A DNA stretch of 64,000 nt from Hormiphora californensis (lineage: Eukaryota > Animalia > Ctenophora). A model generated the notes under the pieces. It ran no database searches, was not told the DNA's origin, and saw only the letters and a list, made by a program, of their open reading frames with translations. Position 1 is the stretch's first letter. Each line of letters begins with the position of its first letter. The position numbers and the translations under genes were made by a program. The stretch is taken from contig CM035350.1 in the NCBI GenBank assembly GCA_020137815.1, forward strand, positions 2,232,001-2,296,000, read 5' to 3'. Below are positions 1 through 11,132 of the stretch, piece after piece.

Positions 1-168
1 TCTCTCTCTCTCCTCTCTCTCTCCCTCTCTCTCTCCCTCCCAGTTCCTGCATGACTATTGACCAGTATAGTACAACAGTAGGGCGACCATGTGTGTGGTG
101 CATGCCAGGCGTCATCATGCAACTGTAGGTGGGTGTGGTACATGCATTGTACGTTTAACAGATGACTG

Positions 169-316
<148 letters not shown>

Positions 317-1487
317 GGAGATAGACGAGTACACGTTGGAAAGAGGGAAGTACAGGAACAAGTGAGCGAGATGTTGACTGAGAGCAGGGGAGGGGGATAG
401 AGAGGTGTCAAGAGAAGACCCCACTTGTATCACTACTATCCAGAAGGAACCCCCACACGATGTCACGTGACTTTTGCCTGCCACGTGACCCTTACAACGC
501 TCCAGTGCTCCCATGTTTCCGTTGTCAGAAAACAGCTCAAAGTCACCCCCCCCTCTCTCTCTCCCAAATAGTGCCCCCTAAGCGCGAGCAGGGGAAATTG
601 TTTTCAAAAGTGGGCAGTTACTACCGCAGGTAAGCTTACGCCCTAAAACACAACCCCCGGGTCTCTTCCTGAAGGAGTAACGAGCCAATCAGAGGGCAGG
701 AATGCTATCACGTGACCTGTGTTAGTGTTCGGGGTATTTTTAGCAGCCAATCAAAGATACTGCATGTGTAATTTCATTTAAACAAGTGGACGGAAAAGCT
801 CCTTCCTCTGCCACGCAGAAGAGAGGGAGCTGGAGAGAGCTAGATGGAGAGAGGGAGAGAGCTAGATGGAGAGAAAGAGAGAAGGGGGAGAGAGAGATGC
901 ATGCTTCCTCTACAATAAGAGGGTGGTTGAGGGAGAGAAGGAGGGGCTTGCTTTAATAACTACATGGGTGCAGCGAATGGCCTCTTTCGATATATAATAC
1001 CGTATTTGGTTCATGAGATGAAACAAAGACAATATCGGTGAATGTTTCAAGTATTTGAGGAATAAGATATTATAATTGTCTCACTTGATGTACTTAATTG
1101 GATACCCCTTTGATAATTTGTAAGTTAGGTGTGGTGAAATATGTGAAATCTCATGGTGTGTACTCTGTACACACCAGCTCCTCCTTCTCCCACACACGCA
1201 GCTTTAATGCTGGTCTGCACCTCATAGAGGTGAGTCAGGTTAGAGGATTTGAGGGGCTCGACCAATGGGCAGCCAGCATCTACACCACGTGACAGGTAAG
1301 GGAGTAGCCGGAGTGTGAGTGCCTTCCATATTGTTCATCATCTGGCCTTAACCACCTCTCTCTCCACCTTGTACCGCAAATAAGATGTCCCTCGCCGTCA
1401 TTGCCTTGTAAGTGTCTTGCTCCTTCATCAAAACTTTTGTTTCCCGTTCCTGTTGCTCCTTCATAAACACAACTATTGTTTGTCAGG

Positions 1488-4005
1488 TTTGTTGGGCTGG
1501 TAAGTGCCACGGACTTCACCGCCTACACGCCAGCCACCCCCACGGTGGACCTAGAGAGGTCCCACTCCGCCCAGATATCTATTGATGGGGACGATGTTCC
1601 TGATGGTACAGATAGGATCCTGATACAGGCCATGGAAATTAGTGACCTCACAGGAAATACTTGGGAGGAAGGATACACCTTCGGTTACAAGTGAGCTGGT
1701 ACCATTCACCATTGATAATACCAAATTACGTGATAGATGTCATACTTTTTCTTACAAATATCCCTCCCTTGACCGACCCTCTCTCATCGCGCCCTGATGG
1801 GATAAAACATAACTCCCCCCTCCTTAGTTCTGCAGTTACGACGTTCTACTACCCCGAGCTGAATGAGGCCTCTTACCACAAGTTCAGGGTGAAGTATGGT
1901 AACAGTGATGACGAGTGGACTGGATACAGTTCCGCCACCTCGTACAGCCACGCCATGTCCAGTGAGTACAGTATTATAGCCTAGGAGGGAGGGGGGTTAG
2001 GGAGCGGTCTTTTGGGGGAGGGGGTAAAGCAAGATCAGGAGAGTGGGGGTGGGGGTAGGATTAGTAAATAGAAACTGGGTGGTTAAGTCGATATTAACCA
2101 CGAGACATGTTTTCAGCTCGGTACATCGTTGAGAGGATTGCTCGAAACTGGGCCATGGCTAAAGAGTTCTGCCTCCAATTGGGTCACCGACTTGCCGTCA
2201 TCTCTAGCAAGGTAAGTGGACATTGTACATGTAGTCGTCACATCTGTTAGTGCACTCTTCATTTCAACTTCGGATACAGCCGGGGTATTAGCTGGCTCAT
2301 GTGACCATGTATCAGACTTCAGATCCAGGTCACATGTGTGTACCGACAGTGAAAGTAGCAGCTTTGCATTTCTTTGTGTTTGAGAATTGAGGGTGAATCC
2401 AGACTCCATACAATCACTGCCAGACACAGAACAAACTGTCAAACACATAACTTCCACTCATAATTCTGCGAAGACACCATGACACACCCCCACCCCACAG
2501 TATAAGTACATTTAACTTGACAACCCCCTCCCCCTTCCTGAGCATACCATGTCAATTGACACCCCTCCTTGTCTTGCAGAGTGAGAACGAGCAGGTGGAG
2601 GAGCTGATGCAGGAGTATGGGATTGAGACTGCCTGGGTTGGTCTGTTCGACACCCACTATGGTGATGACAACGTCAATACCACCTGGACCTGGGTAGATG
2701 GGACCCCCTACAAGTTCAGCAACTTTGAGAAGAACGCCGCTGATGTTGAGAGCACGTATGTCAATGATATGATAAGACCTGTCAGTAGGGGACCTGGGGG
2801 TAGACACAACGGGGGGGGGGGGGGGTTAGAGATGGGTCGTGATACTACTGCATTTGTATATTGAGATCTGTCATGTTCAATAACCTATCTAACTGCACAC
2901 TTTCTCAATTCTCATATTATGTCGCTTGGGGACAGGTTTCGTTCTTTTACCATTTGCCGCCTAGGGGCCTTACAGTTGTGAACAATACCAATTAGTGGAT
3001 GTGTTTAGACCAATGCAATTGTGAACAAAACCGAGGGGTTAAAGGCACCTCTGTTCTCAGGACCAGTTAGGGTAATTTGATTGTGTATAGGCTATTGTCC
3101 CTAAATGAAAGAGTCGATAGACATGTCTAGACAACTTTACCCTTTATAACTGGCAAGGATAAATAACCTCAGTCAATAACAAGCCTCCTTGGTTAAAAGT
3201 TGTTGTAGTTGCTCAACAAGTTAATAGGGGGAAGAGAAAGCACCCTGCACCAACAATGATACGATTCGAACCTCCGCTTACCTCTTCGTCTACCGCTCCA
3301 GGTCTCTGATCTATCAAAACAGGGGAGGGCGGCAGGCAGTAGGTGATACATGTCGTTCTTCTACCCACTGGAGAGAAACGTGTTTAGAATTAGAATTTCA
3401 AACAAGAACTTTATATCTGAACCGAGTGGAATTGAAATTTTGTAACCTAATTTTTCCGTAGTGCTACAAAATGTCTTAGCTACCTTCTGAAGAACATGGG
3501 GACCTCGGGAACACCACTTCATATATTCTCGGCCCTTTCCTGATTTGTTGAGCCTCTCACTCAACAATTCCGGATACTCTGGTCTGACCACCCCTCCTCT
3601 TTCCCCAGGTTGAGTACCTCTGTAGTGGCTGTTAACGAGATTGGAGAATGGGAAACCCACAGCCCTGACGAGAAAATGAGCTTTATCTGTGAGAAGGGAC
3701 TGTCAGGTTAGTGTTGTTAGCATTGGTGGAAACTGGTACTGGGTACTGTGAGAAGGGAGTCAGGATATATTTAGTGCACTGGGGGAACGGGGCAATGGGA
3801 AAGGTGGGTCAGTGGGTTCTAGGAGATTACTCAGCAGCTCAGTTGGAACTTGGATTGGTAGGCGTTTGATAACTGGTCGGTAGAGAAAAACAATGTTGTA
3901 AATTTTGAATCGTTACGGCTTAAATCTAACCCCCATTTTCACTTTTCAGAGGTTTCAAGTGAAAGTGAATCGAAGTTGAGTATGAGAGAAAGTGTCATCT
4001 ACTAA
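1488..4005 (+). CDS. Multi-exon protein with a fibronectin type III-like domain and a C-type lectin-like domain (start exon not resolved)
   Basis: GT-AG exons at about 1488-1690, 1829-1962, 2117-2211, 2580-2755, 3609-3706 and 3950-4005. FN3-like: YPELNEASYHKFRVKYGNSDDEWTGYS. CTLD: NWAMAKEFCLQLGHRLAVIS..EN..V, AWVGL, WTWVDGTPYKFSNF, GEW, FICEK. Phases of the last junctions checked and consistent. Confidence 0.75.
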
Positions 4006-4255
4006 CAATTGCCATAGAAATACAAATCAGAGGACTGAATTAATTTTAGTTTGTAGGAATTTGAACTGTTTTACCGAAAATGTATCCTTTCTAATCGCTT
4101 CAAAATTAGTTTTATTGTTTCTCCCTACATGACGTGTCATTGACGTGTTTAAATGTGGGATATTATATTCGAATAACCCCTGAATTATTGTAAAGAACAG
4201 AACAAGCACATAACACAATATAACATAGTTAAAACACACACGCAGTTCACATAGT

Positions 4256-7200
4256 TCAAGATCTAGAAGTCGGTAGATTTCTACCACTGTTCACTCCCCT
4301 ACTAGACGGCGCCCCACCTCCTCCTCCACCTCCACTACTGCTACCCCCACTCCCTCCACCTCCCCCTCCTCCATTGCCGTAGTGCTGAGCTAGAGAAGGC
4401 ATCATTTGCTGTCGAGCCTGCTGAGCGTAGTAGTAACTTGCAAAGGGATCCTGAAACAAAGAGGGCTGGTAAGTAACAGTGTAATTAACAATTAATGTAA
4501 TTATTAAATACCACAGGATGTATAATTACTGAAGCAATGTATTCACAAGGTGCAAGTTATTGCTGCGCGGCCACTGCTAACAACACCTCCTTTCATAACA
4601 AGACGCACACTGCGCGTTCCACTGATCAGTTTTGTGTGTGTTCACTTCACTTAGCCAACACACACAGCGTGACAGTTTGTGTGACATGGGATGTGAATTA
4701 CTCACCGCTAAATAGGCTGCCTGGGCTTGAGTGAAATAGTCGGTAGCACTCATTTTAGATTGCAGTTGATGTTGCAGTAACCCCTCATATTGTCGTCTTT
4801 GTGCCTGATGTAGAGGAAGATGTGTTAGGGAGACAGAACAATACAATCACTGCACTGTAACAAGCTAACAGAAGAACTCATTAGCCTACCTCAAAATATG
4901 CAGCACTGATTTTCTCTTTGTATTGTTGTTCTGCCATTGCCTTCGTATACTGCTCCTCCATGACTTTAGTATAATGATTCTGTAGGGTCTCAGGGCTGTA
5001 ACTAACTAGTGCACCATCTTTATACGCATAGGCTACAGGGGGATCACCAGCAATAATAATTTGTGGCTTCCTCTTTCTCATCGTCCTTAATATCAACAAC
5101 AGCAGCAGCCTTGCTGGACCCACCCTGGTCTGTTGTAGAGGGGGTGGTAGGGGTGGCTGCTGGGGTGGTAGGCTGTTTAGCAGGTTTGGTATCTACTGCG
5201 GAGTGTTTACCCTCACTAGATGTCCTCATATCTGCAGCAGGGGAGGGGTCTACAGGAGCTGGTAGTTTCTATTCATCTAGTGCTGTAGTGGTAGGAAGCA
5301 GGGACAGGGTCTATCCATGTTTCAGCTACTATGGTATCTTTCTCAGGGGGTTTGTGGAGGGTACTCAACAACTTAGCCACTGCTTCACTGACTGGTGCTG
5401 CTGGAGGTAGCTTCCCTCAGATGTGTGGAATAGGGGACAGCGAGGCGTGCTCGGAGGGCCCTTAGTTGTTCCAATCGGGCTGATTTGGCCTTCAGCCGGC
5501 TAGCTAGGGAGTTATTAATCTGGTTTAGATCGTTGAGTTGTTTTAGGAGTTCCCTCGACCCATCTCTCTTGCAGGAAGATACGATGTGTTGCATGGCCAT
5601 GTCCTTAAAGCGACTGAAGAAGGTATCAAGAGAGAGGAGGGGTTTGCCAGTACAGGGCCTGTACTCCGGGTCCCCTCCCCCACGCGTCTCCTCCAGCATC
5701 TTACTGACTATTGTAGACGGAGAGTAACCTGGGGGTGGAGGTGTTAGGGGAGAGTAATAGGGGGGGGGGGGGCGAGAGTAACCTGGGGGTGTTAGCCGTT
5801 AGGAGATAGTAACCTTTAGTGGGGAGAGTAACCTTTAGAAGGGGAGAGGAGAGTAATAACGGGGGAAATGAAATATTTCAAAAACCCACCTTTCTCTCCA
5901 GTCACCAGTTTGCTCTGCTGCACTTTGACTGGTGTCTTGGGTGGTGATGTGTACATGTAACTGTTATGGGAGTACTTGTGCGGGGATTTTATTGTCGATT
6001 TCAGGGATCTAACACGTAACGGATCCTTCTTCTTCTCCCTCCTCTTGCTCTTGTGAGCGGGGTTTCTAACAGGGGGACGCTGTGGTTTCTCTGTCGGATG
6101 ATAGTCTGACAACTCGCTTTCTGGTGACTTGCACTTTTTACGTTTCTTCTCCTTTAGAGAGAATAGGTCCATGAGATCGTTGTATTGTTCAGCTCCATCA
6201 CTCGCCTGGTGTGGGGATTATAGTTAGGGTGAACATCTGGGAACAGGGGAATTCGTTCTCTTGATTGGTGGTAGCTTACTAAGCTTAGGCGCTTATAAGT
6301 ACAGTGTGGCTCTCAATCAAGAAATTATTGACTGTGTCTGGGAGCTAACTAGGTAATCAAGGCGGGTAGTCAAGGAGACCGGGGGTAACCATGGTAACCA
6401 TGGTAACCATGGGTAGTGGTGACCCTACCTCATGATCAGCAGTGCTCTGATTGGCTATCTTCAACTTGCCCTTCTCAGGGAGACTCTGCATGGCTTTAAC
6501 CACTGGTTCTGTACTCAGGTCCTCACTGTCTGCTGTATCTGGATTGGAAATATAAACAGACTACAAACATACAACAACACTATTGTGGGATGTGAGTATG
6601 TTCAATGTCGGCAAATTTTATCTAATTTTAACTAATTGTGTAATCAAGATCCACATGTACTAACCAGTTTCAGATGAAGACCTGCGTTTCAGTAGTGCCA
6701 GTGTAGGGGTACTGGTGGTGCTAGAACTAGCTGTACTCAGGGATGGTCCCCCTTCCTCTCTCTTCACACCCTCAACCTGATGGTAACGTGATCTGTTAGC
6801 GAGACTCAACAAGGGGTGCGATATGAGATCCCACTACAACAAGGGGTGCGATATGAGACGCTACAAGGGCCACCCAATCATTGCTAGACCGATTATATGA
6901 GATCACGTGTCGGGGTGATTGGAGCCAGCCGGGACAGAGTGATAATCGGACGCGAGGTTCGAGTCTCGCGATAATCGGCCTGTCAAGAGCCCTAACAAGA
7001 GGGGTATAAAACCCCCTCCTGCCTTACCACCAAACCAACCACATTTCCTCTCCTTTCTCTCTACTACTACAACTACTACAACTACTACTGCTGCTGATAC
7101 CATGGAATCCCTGAAGAGTGTAACTACCCGATGTCCATCCTACGAAAACCTGCCCCAACCTATTGATGAGTTCTACCTCCTACCATCCTCTCTCTACTCC

Positions 7201-9195
7201 CCACCTCCCCCTGGATTCACTGAACCCCACTACATCAACATCTCCGCTATTGAGGAACAGGAGGAGCCTGAATATGTCGTCATGCAGCGGACCCCTCGTC
7301 CCATCACCCCTCTATCTGCCTACGAGAACACCACCCTCCGTCTGGCACCCACTTCTTCTACAGACCTGGTTATCCCCCGTTTCGGAAAACAGCGAGACCC
7401 ACTCCCTCGGATCCCATCAACCTGCTCTGCCCATCCCACTCCGACCTGCTACGCTCCTGCCCTGGCTGCTACTAAACGAGCCCTCAAGAAGATCAAGAAG
7501 AACCTGAGGAGACAGAAGAAGGATAGCAGCGACTACGAGGTATATCAATGTCCTAATTCCAACTCCTCTTCTTCTTCCTCCACCTACTACGCCCCCTCCT
7601 CGTCCCAAGCAACATCGTCAGGGAGGAGCACCCCCAGCAGCATGGATTACGTGACCATGTCTCCCGTGGAGACCCGAGTTACGGAGCACTTTGTTTTCAG
7701 CCGCTTGTGAGCTGCTTTTGTTTAGCACATTGTTTCTCTTATAAACTGAGTGTATTTCTTGTCTAAAACATTTTCACGCAATTTCGCGCCCATGATCCGA
7801 CACTCCAGTACTCATTAGAAGCAACACAAATACAAATCTCATGTGAAAACTGTTGAAAAAACTAATTGATCTACTGAACCCTCACAGAGCGCGATAAAAT
7901 AAAACAACGATGTGAGCACTCAACAATGTAGTACCTGTGCAGGAGGCTCTATAATGCTGTCCTGTTTGTGTACACCATGGAAAGGAAGGGGTCGGGCTGA
8001 TACTTTGGGTTGCATGGGCTTGAAACCAGGCCCATTTCCCTCTAGTTTAGGTTTAGTAGTAGTGGTCATATTAGGCAGGACCTTGGACACCTCTCTCATC
8101 TGTCTGGATGTCAGTGTATCCACTGGGGGGAGCTTCTCAGGTTTCTGGGATCTGGCGGGGTAATGGTAAGGGTTTAGAATAGAATTCGATGAAGTATACA
8201 ACTTACGGAGAGGGGCAGTTTGGAAATATATGTTTAGGTATGGGCTTTTTGATCGGAAACCAGTCTAACGATGCTGTATTGTTTACCTAACATGTGCGTT
8301 ACAGAACCCGTAGTAGTCCACAATGGGGCGATTATCACAGTCCTCTGCTACTAACAGGCCCGCCTTCTGGCCACAGGTCACGTGGAAACATTTCACACAA
8401 TTCTGGGGAGGGTTGGAGTAGTTATTATCATGTTTTGGAAAGGGATTGCTTATTGGGTACGTGATGACTACAGCGAGAGAAAGAGGGATCACTCATGATC
8501 CAATGTAGTTTATCATTTATTATGTAGGAAGGACATTCATTTATAAGATATGACTCACCTGTACGTTGCACTGCATACATGCCCCCTGTCTCTTGGCCCT
8601 GTCGTTACCCTTCTCATCACAAATGTAGCAGACCTGCTCAAACCGTGGACCAGGCACGTGGGCTAGTATTATGGGCTCCATGGAGTAGTTCTTACCAAAC
8701 ACAACCTGAGGGGTGTAGTTTAGCAGGGTTGGGAAAAACAGAACAGCTGATACCCTTCTTTAAAATGCATCATCTTATATACTACTGATAGTGTGTACAC
8801 TGTGCACTAACAGTCACTATGGTTATGACACATCACTACGTGAATACCTCTGGTATGTATTGTGCACATAGAATGTGGGCCCACCCTCCACTATCTGTCC
8901 GTTTTAGGGCTCCATCACTAAAGGGACACAACCTGCACCTCTCTCCGCTCATGTCCAGAGTGCACCGCTGACATAGCCAGGGTTCAGCTGCTGAAACCCC
9001 TCCAACTACGCCATAACACTCTGAAGAGGGGGTGAAATGGAGAAAACTGAAATGAAACAGTTCTGATGTTGAGTCTAATAGGGCTGAATAGTCGGTTTAG
9101 TGCTTACCTTTGTGAACATGGAACTTGCATTTCACACAGTGGATTAGGTTATCTTGAAGCGTGGTTTTGTTACAAACACAACACGCGTGATTCAT
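4256..9195 (-). CDS. MLLT10: AF10/AF17 (MLLT10/MLLT6)-like PZP-domain protein, DOT1L cofactor family, multi-exon
   Basis: ATG at 9195 gives MNHACCVCNK..HCVKCKFHVHK|ECYGV..WLCQRC..CRLCPFSDGALKRTDSGGWAHILCAQYIPE|..MEPI..CYICDEKG..GACMQC|..FHVTCGQKAGLL..YYGFCNAH (PHD-Zn knuckle-PHD). The C-terminal zipper LLKQLNDLNQINNSL..RLEQLRALRARLAVP resembles the AF10 OM-LZ end (ERLQLLNAQLSVP). Gln/Tyr/Gly-rich tail. Confidence 0.85.
7005..7011 (+). promoter_or_regulatory. Candidate TATA box (TATAAAA) for the nested ORF
   Basis: ggggTATAAAAccccc about 95 bp upstream of ATG 7102; a possible ATAAA poly(A)-like signal follows the stop at about 7741. Confidence 0.5.
7102..7710 (+). CDS. Intronless 202-aa disordered Ser/Pro/Tyr-rich protein, nested antisense in AF10 intron 6777-7934
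   Basis: Clean ATG-to-TGA ORF in good Kozak context (accATGg) with an upstream TATA. Motifs YENL, YINI, YVVM, YENT, YEVY, YVTM; basic stretch KRALKKIKKNLRRQKK; C-terminal SRL. Confidence 0.65.
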   Translation: MESLKSVTTRCPSYENLPQPIDEFYLLPSSLYSPPPPGFTEPHYINISAIEEQEEPEYVVMQRTPRPITPLSAYENTTLRLAPTSSTDLVIPRFGKQRDPLPRIPSTCSAHPTPTCYAPALAATKRALKKIKKNLRRQKKDSSDYEVYQCPNSNSSSSSSTYYAPSSSQATSSGRSTPSSMDYVTMSPVETRVTEHFVFSRL

Positions 9196-9504
9196 AGTCT
9201 GGAATAGGGCAAAACATTTAGAGTTTGGGTTTAAAACTACCCCCTAAAATATGAGAGACAGAAACACGGTGTTTTAGAAAACAATTAAAAGGGAATTTAA
9301 GTTATTAATATCACACAATTTATACACTGCTACACATATAAACAGCATGGACTGGTTTTGATAGGTAATAAAAGAAGTTCTTTAGTGTGTCACTGTGACT
9401 TCCATCGCTCCTTACCAGACACCAACGCAAACAAAATCGCACAAACAAACCCAATGGAATCTGATACAAACCAACACAGACAAACACAAACTAATCCTTG
9501 TCTA

Positions 9505-11072
9505 TCAATCATCCTCCAGTAATGGCTCTCCACCTGACATACTATAGGCGTTCTCTCCCGCCATCCTCCTCGCAGGACACCTTTTGATACAGTGGAAGAA
9601 GATGTATGTAGACTGAATGAGGGTGACTGTAATCAGTAGTGCTAGGGCAAGTCGGATCGCACTAAAGGGGGAGCTCCCATCGTCTTCTTCTACGCCACAA
9701 ATAGAGTCAAAGTCACAGTCTCCTGCTCCCGTTTTTAGGATCTCCTTCAGGTCCTCAATGCTACATCCCGCATCTTGGTCACACCCAGGGGGAATTACAA
9801 CGTGCTCGTTCACCAAAATCTGCAAGGGAGGTAGGGATGAGTAAATTATCAGTTTTAAAGTTTATGAAGGAGTAAAATCAAATTTTATGAAGGAGCAAGT
9901 ATTGTACAGCAGTACTGCATCACTAACCTTGACTCTAGTTCCAGCGGTGCAATTCATCCTGACAAATGCAATATTCGCTGCAAAGGGTGCAATATGGGAT
10001 GTTTTGAATATTCTATCCTTGTAGTTGGTCATATCGTGGGTCAATGGCTTGGTATCCCGGTATAACCCCAGGAGGGTAAATAACGGAACTACAGTCTCCT
10101 CGTGAGCAAACATTAGTACAGGACTCCCGTCAGTGCTATCCTCCATTGTCTCAATCACGTGACTTAGCAGGAGACAACTCATCTGATAGGTAACGGGGTA
10201 GGAGTAGCTGTACTTGTGGTATTTCTCTAGATCTTTCATGAAATCTAAAACTACCAAATCCTCATCATTCAGTAGGTCGCAGAATTTTGAGCCATGCGTC
10301 TGGGTGGGGCTCATCATTTCATTAGCACACAGATAGTAGATTGCTTTAGTTGAGTTGAGATCCAGTTCCATACCGAGACGTCCAGATACAGTCTTTATAA
10401 CCCCCTCTACATTTGATGACTCCTCAAACAGTTGTGCCTCCTTCTTCCACCCTTCATCTGCTAGGTAGGCCCTGTACCGGGGACATGAGTCCATGAACCT
10501 TAGTTGCCGGTCTGGTTTGGTCATGTTGATGGCGGGTGGAAGGTACCCACTGAGAGTAATGTGATCCCGTGCTGTACTTGCCGGACCGAGCGGTCCAGTT
10601 CCGTTTAGCACTCCATACATGAAGGAGAGGACCACTCTGAACTGCCCGTGTTTTAGTTGTCGATCGGAGGGAATATCCCTCTGGCGTGTAGGGCAGTGGA
10701 AAGAGGTGGGGAAGGGCGGTAAAATACCGTTTACCTATTGTGTAGTGTTCGATACATGCCCTCTGATACTAGATCATAGTTGGCAGGATAGGTAGCCCTG
10801 GTCCAGGTATCATACCAGGGTAGAGAGGTCACTTTACCCTGAGAGACTGCCACATTCAACTTCTCCAGGAATGTCCTCATACGGGGGAACTGCTTTTGTG
10901 CCGAAAGTTACGGCTGCCATGGCGAGCAAGGAAGAATAACCGATCAGTTGAGCACTCAAACTTGACATCAGGTAACATCTCCTCTAAAGGCATCGTAGAC
11001 GGTCTTGGAGGCAACTGGTCGGTACTGGGTCGACCCAACTAGTCCCACTCCTAACAGGAGCAGCAATAACAT
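9505..11072 (-). CDS. MINPP1: Multiple inositol polyphosphate phosphatase (histidine acid phosphatase/phytase family) with signal peptide and C-terminal TM helix
   Basis: Signal peptide MLLLLLLGVGLVGS from ATG 11072; catalytic FLARHGSR (~10905-10930); LRFMDSCPRY; DLEKYHKYSY; FAHEETVVPL; APFAANIAFV; V|QILVNE. Introns at about 10682-10733 and 9822-9927. Single-base homopolymer frameshifts near the 5' end. Confidence 0.85.
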
Positions 11073-11132
11073 TCTAAACACCAGACACTCAGCTCTCTAC
11101 ATGTCCTGAGTGTGAGCAAGGTATGTTAATCA

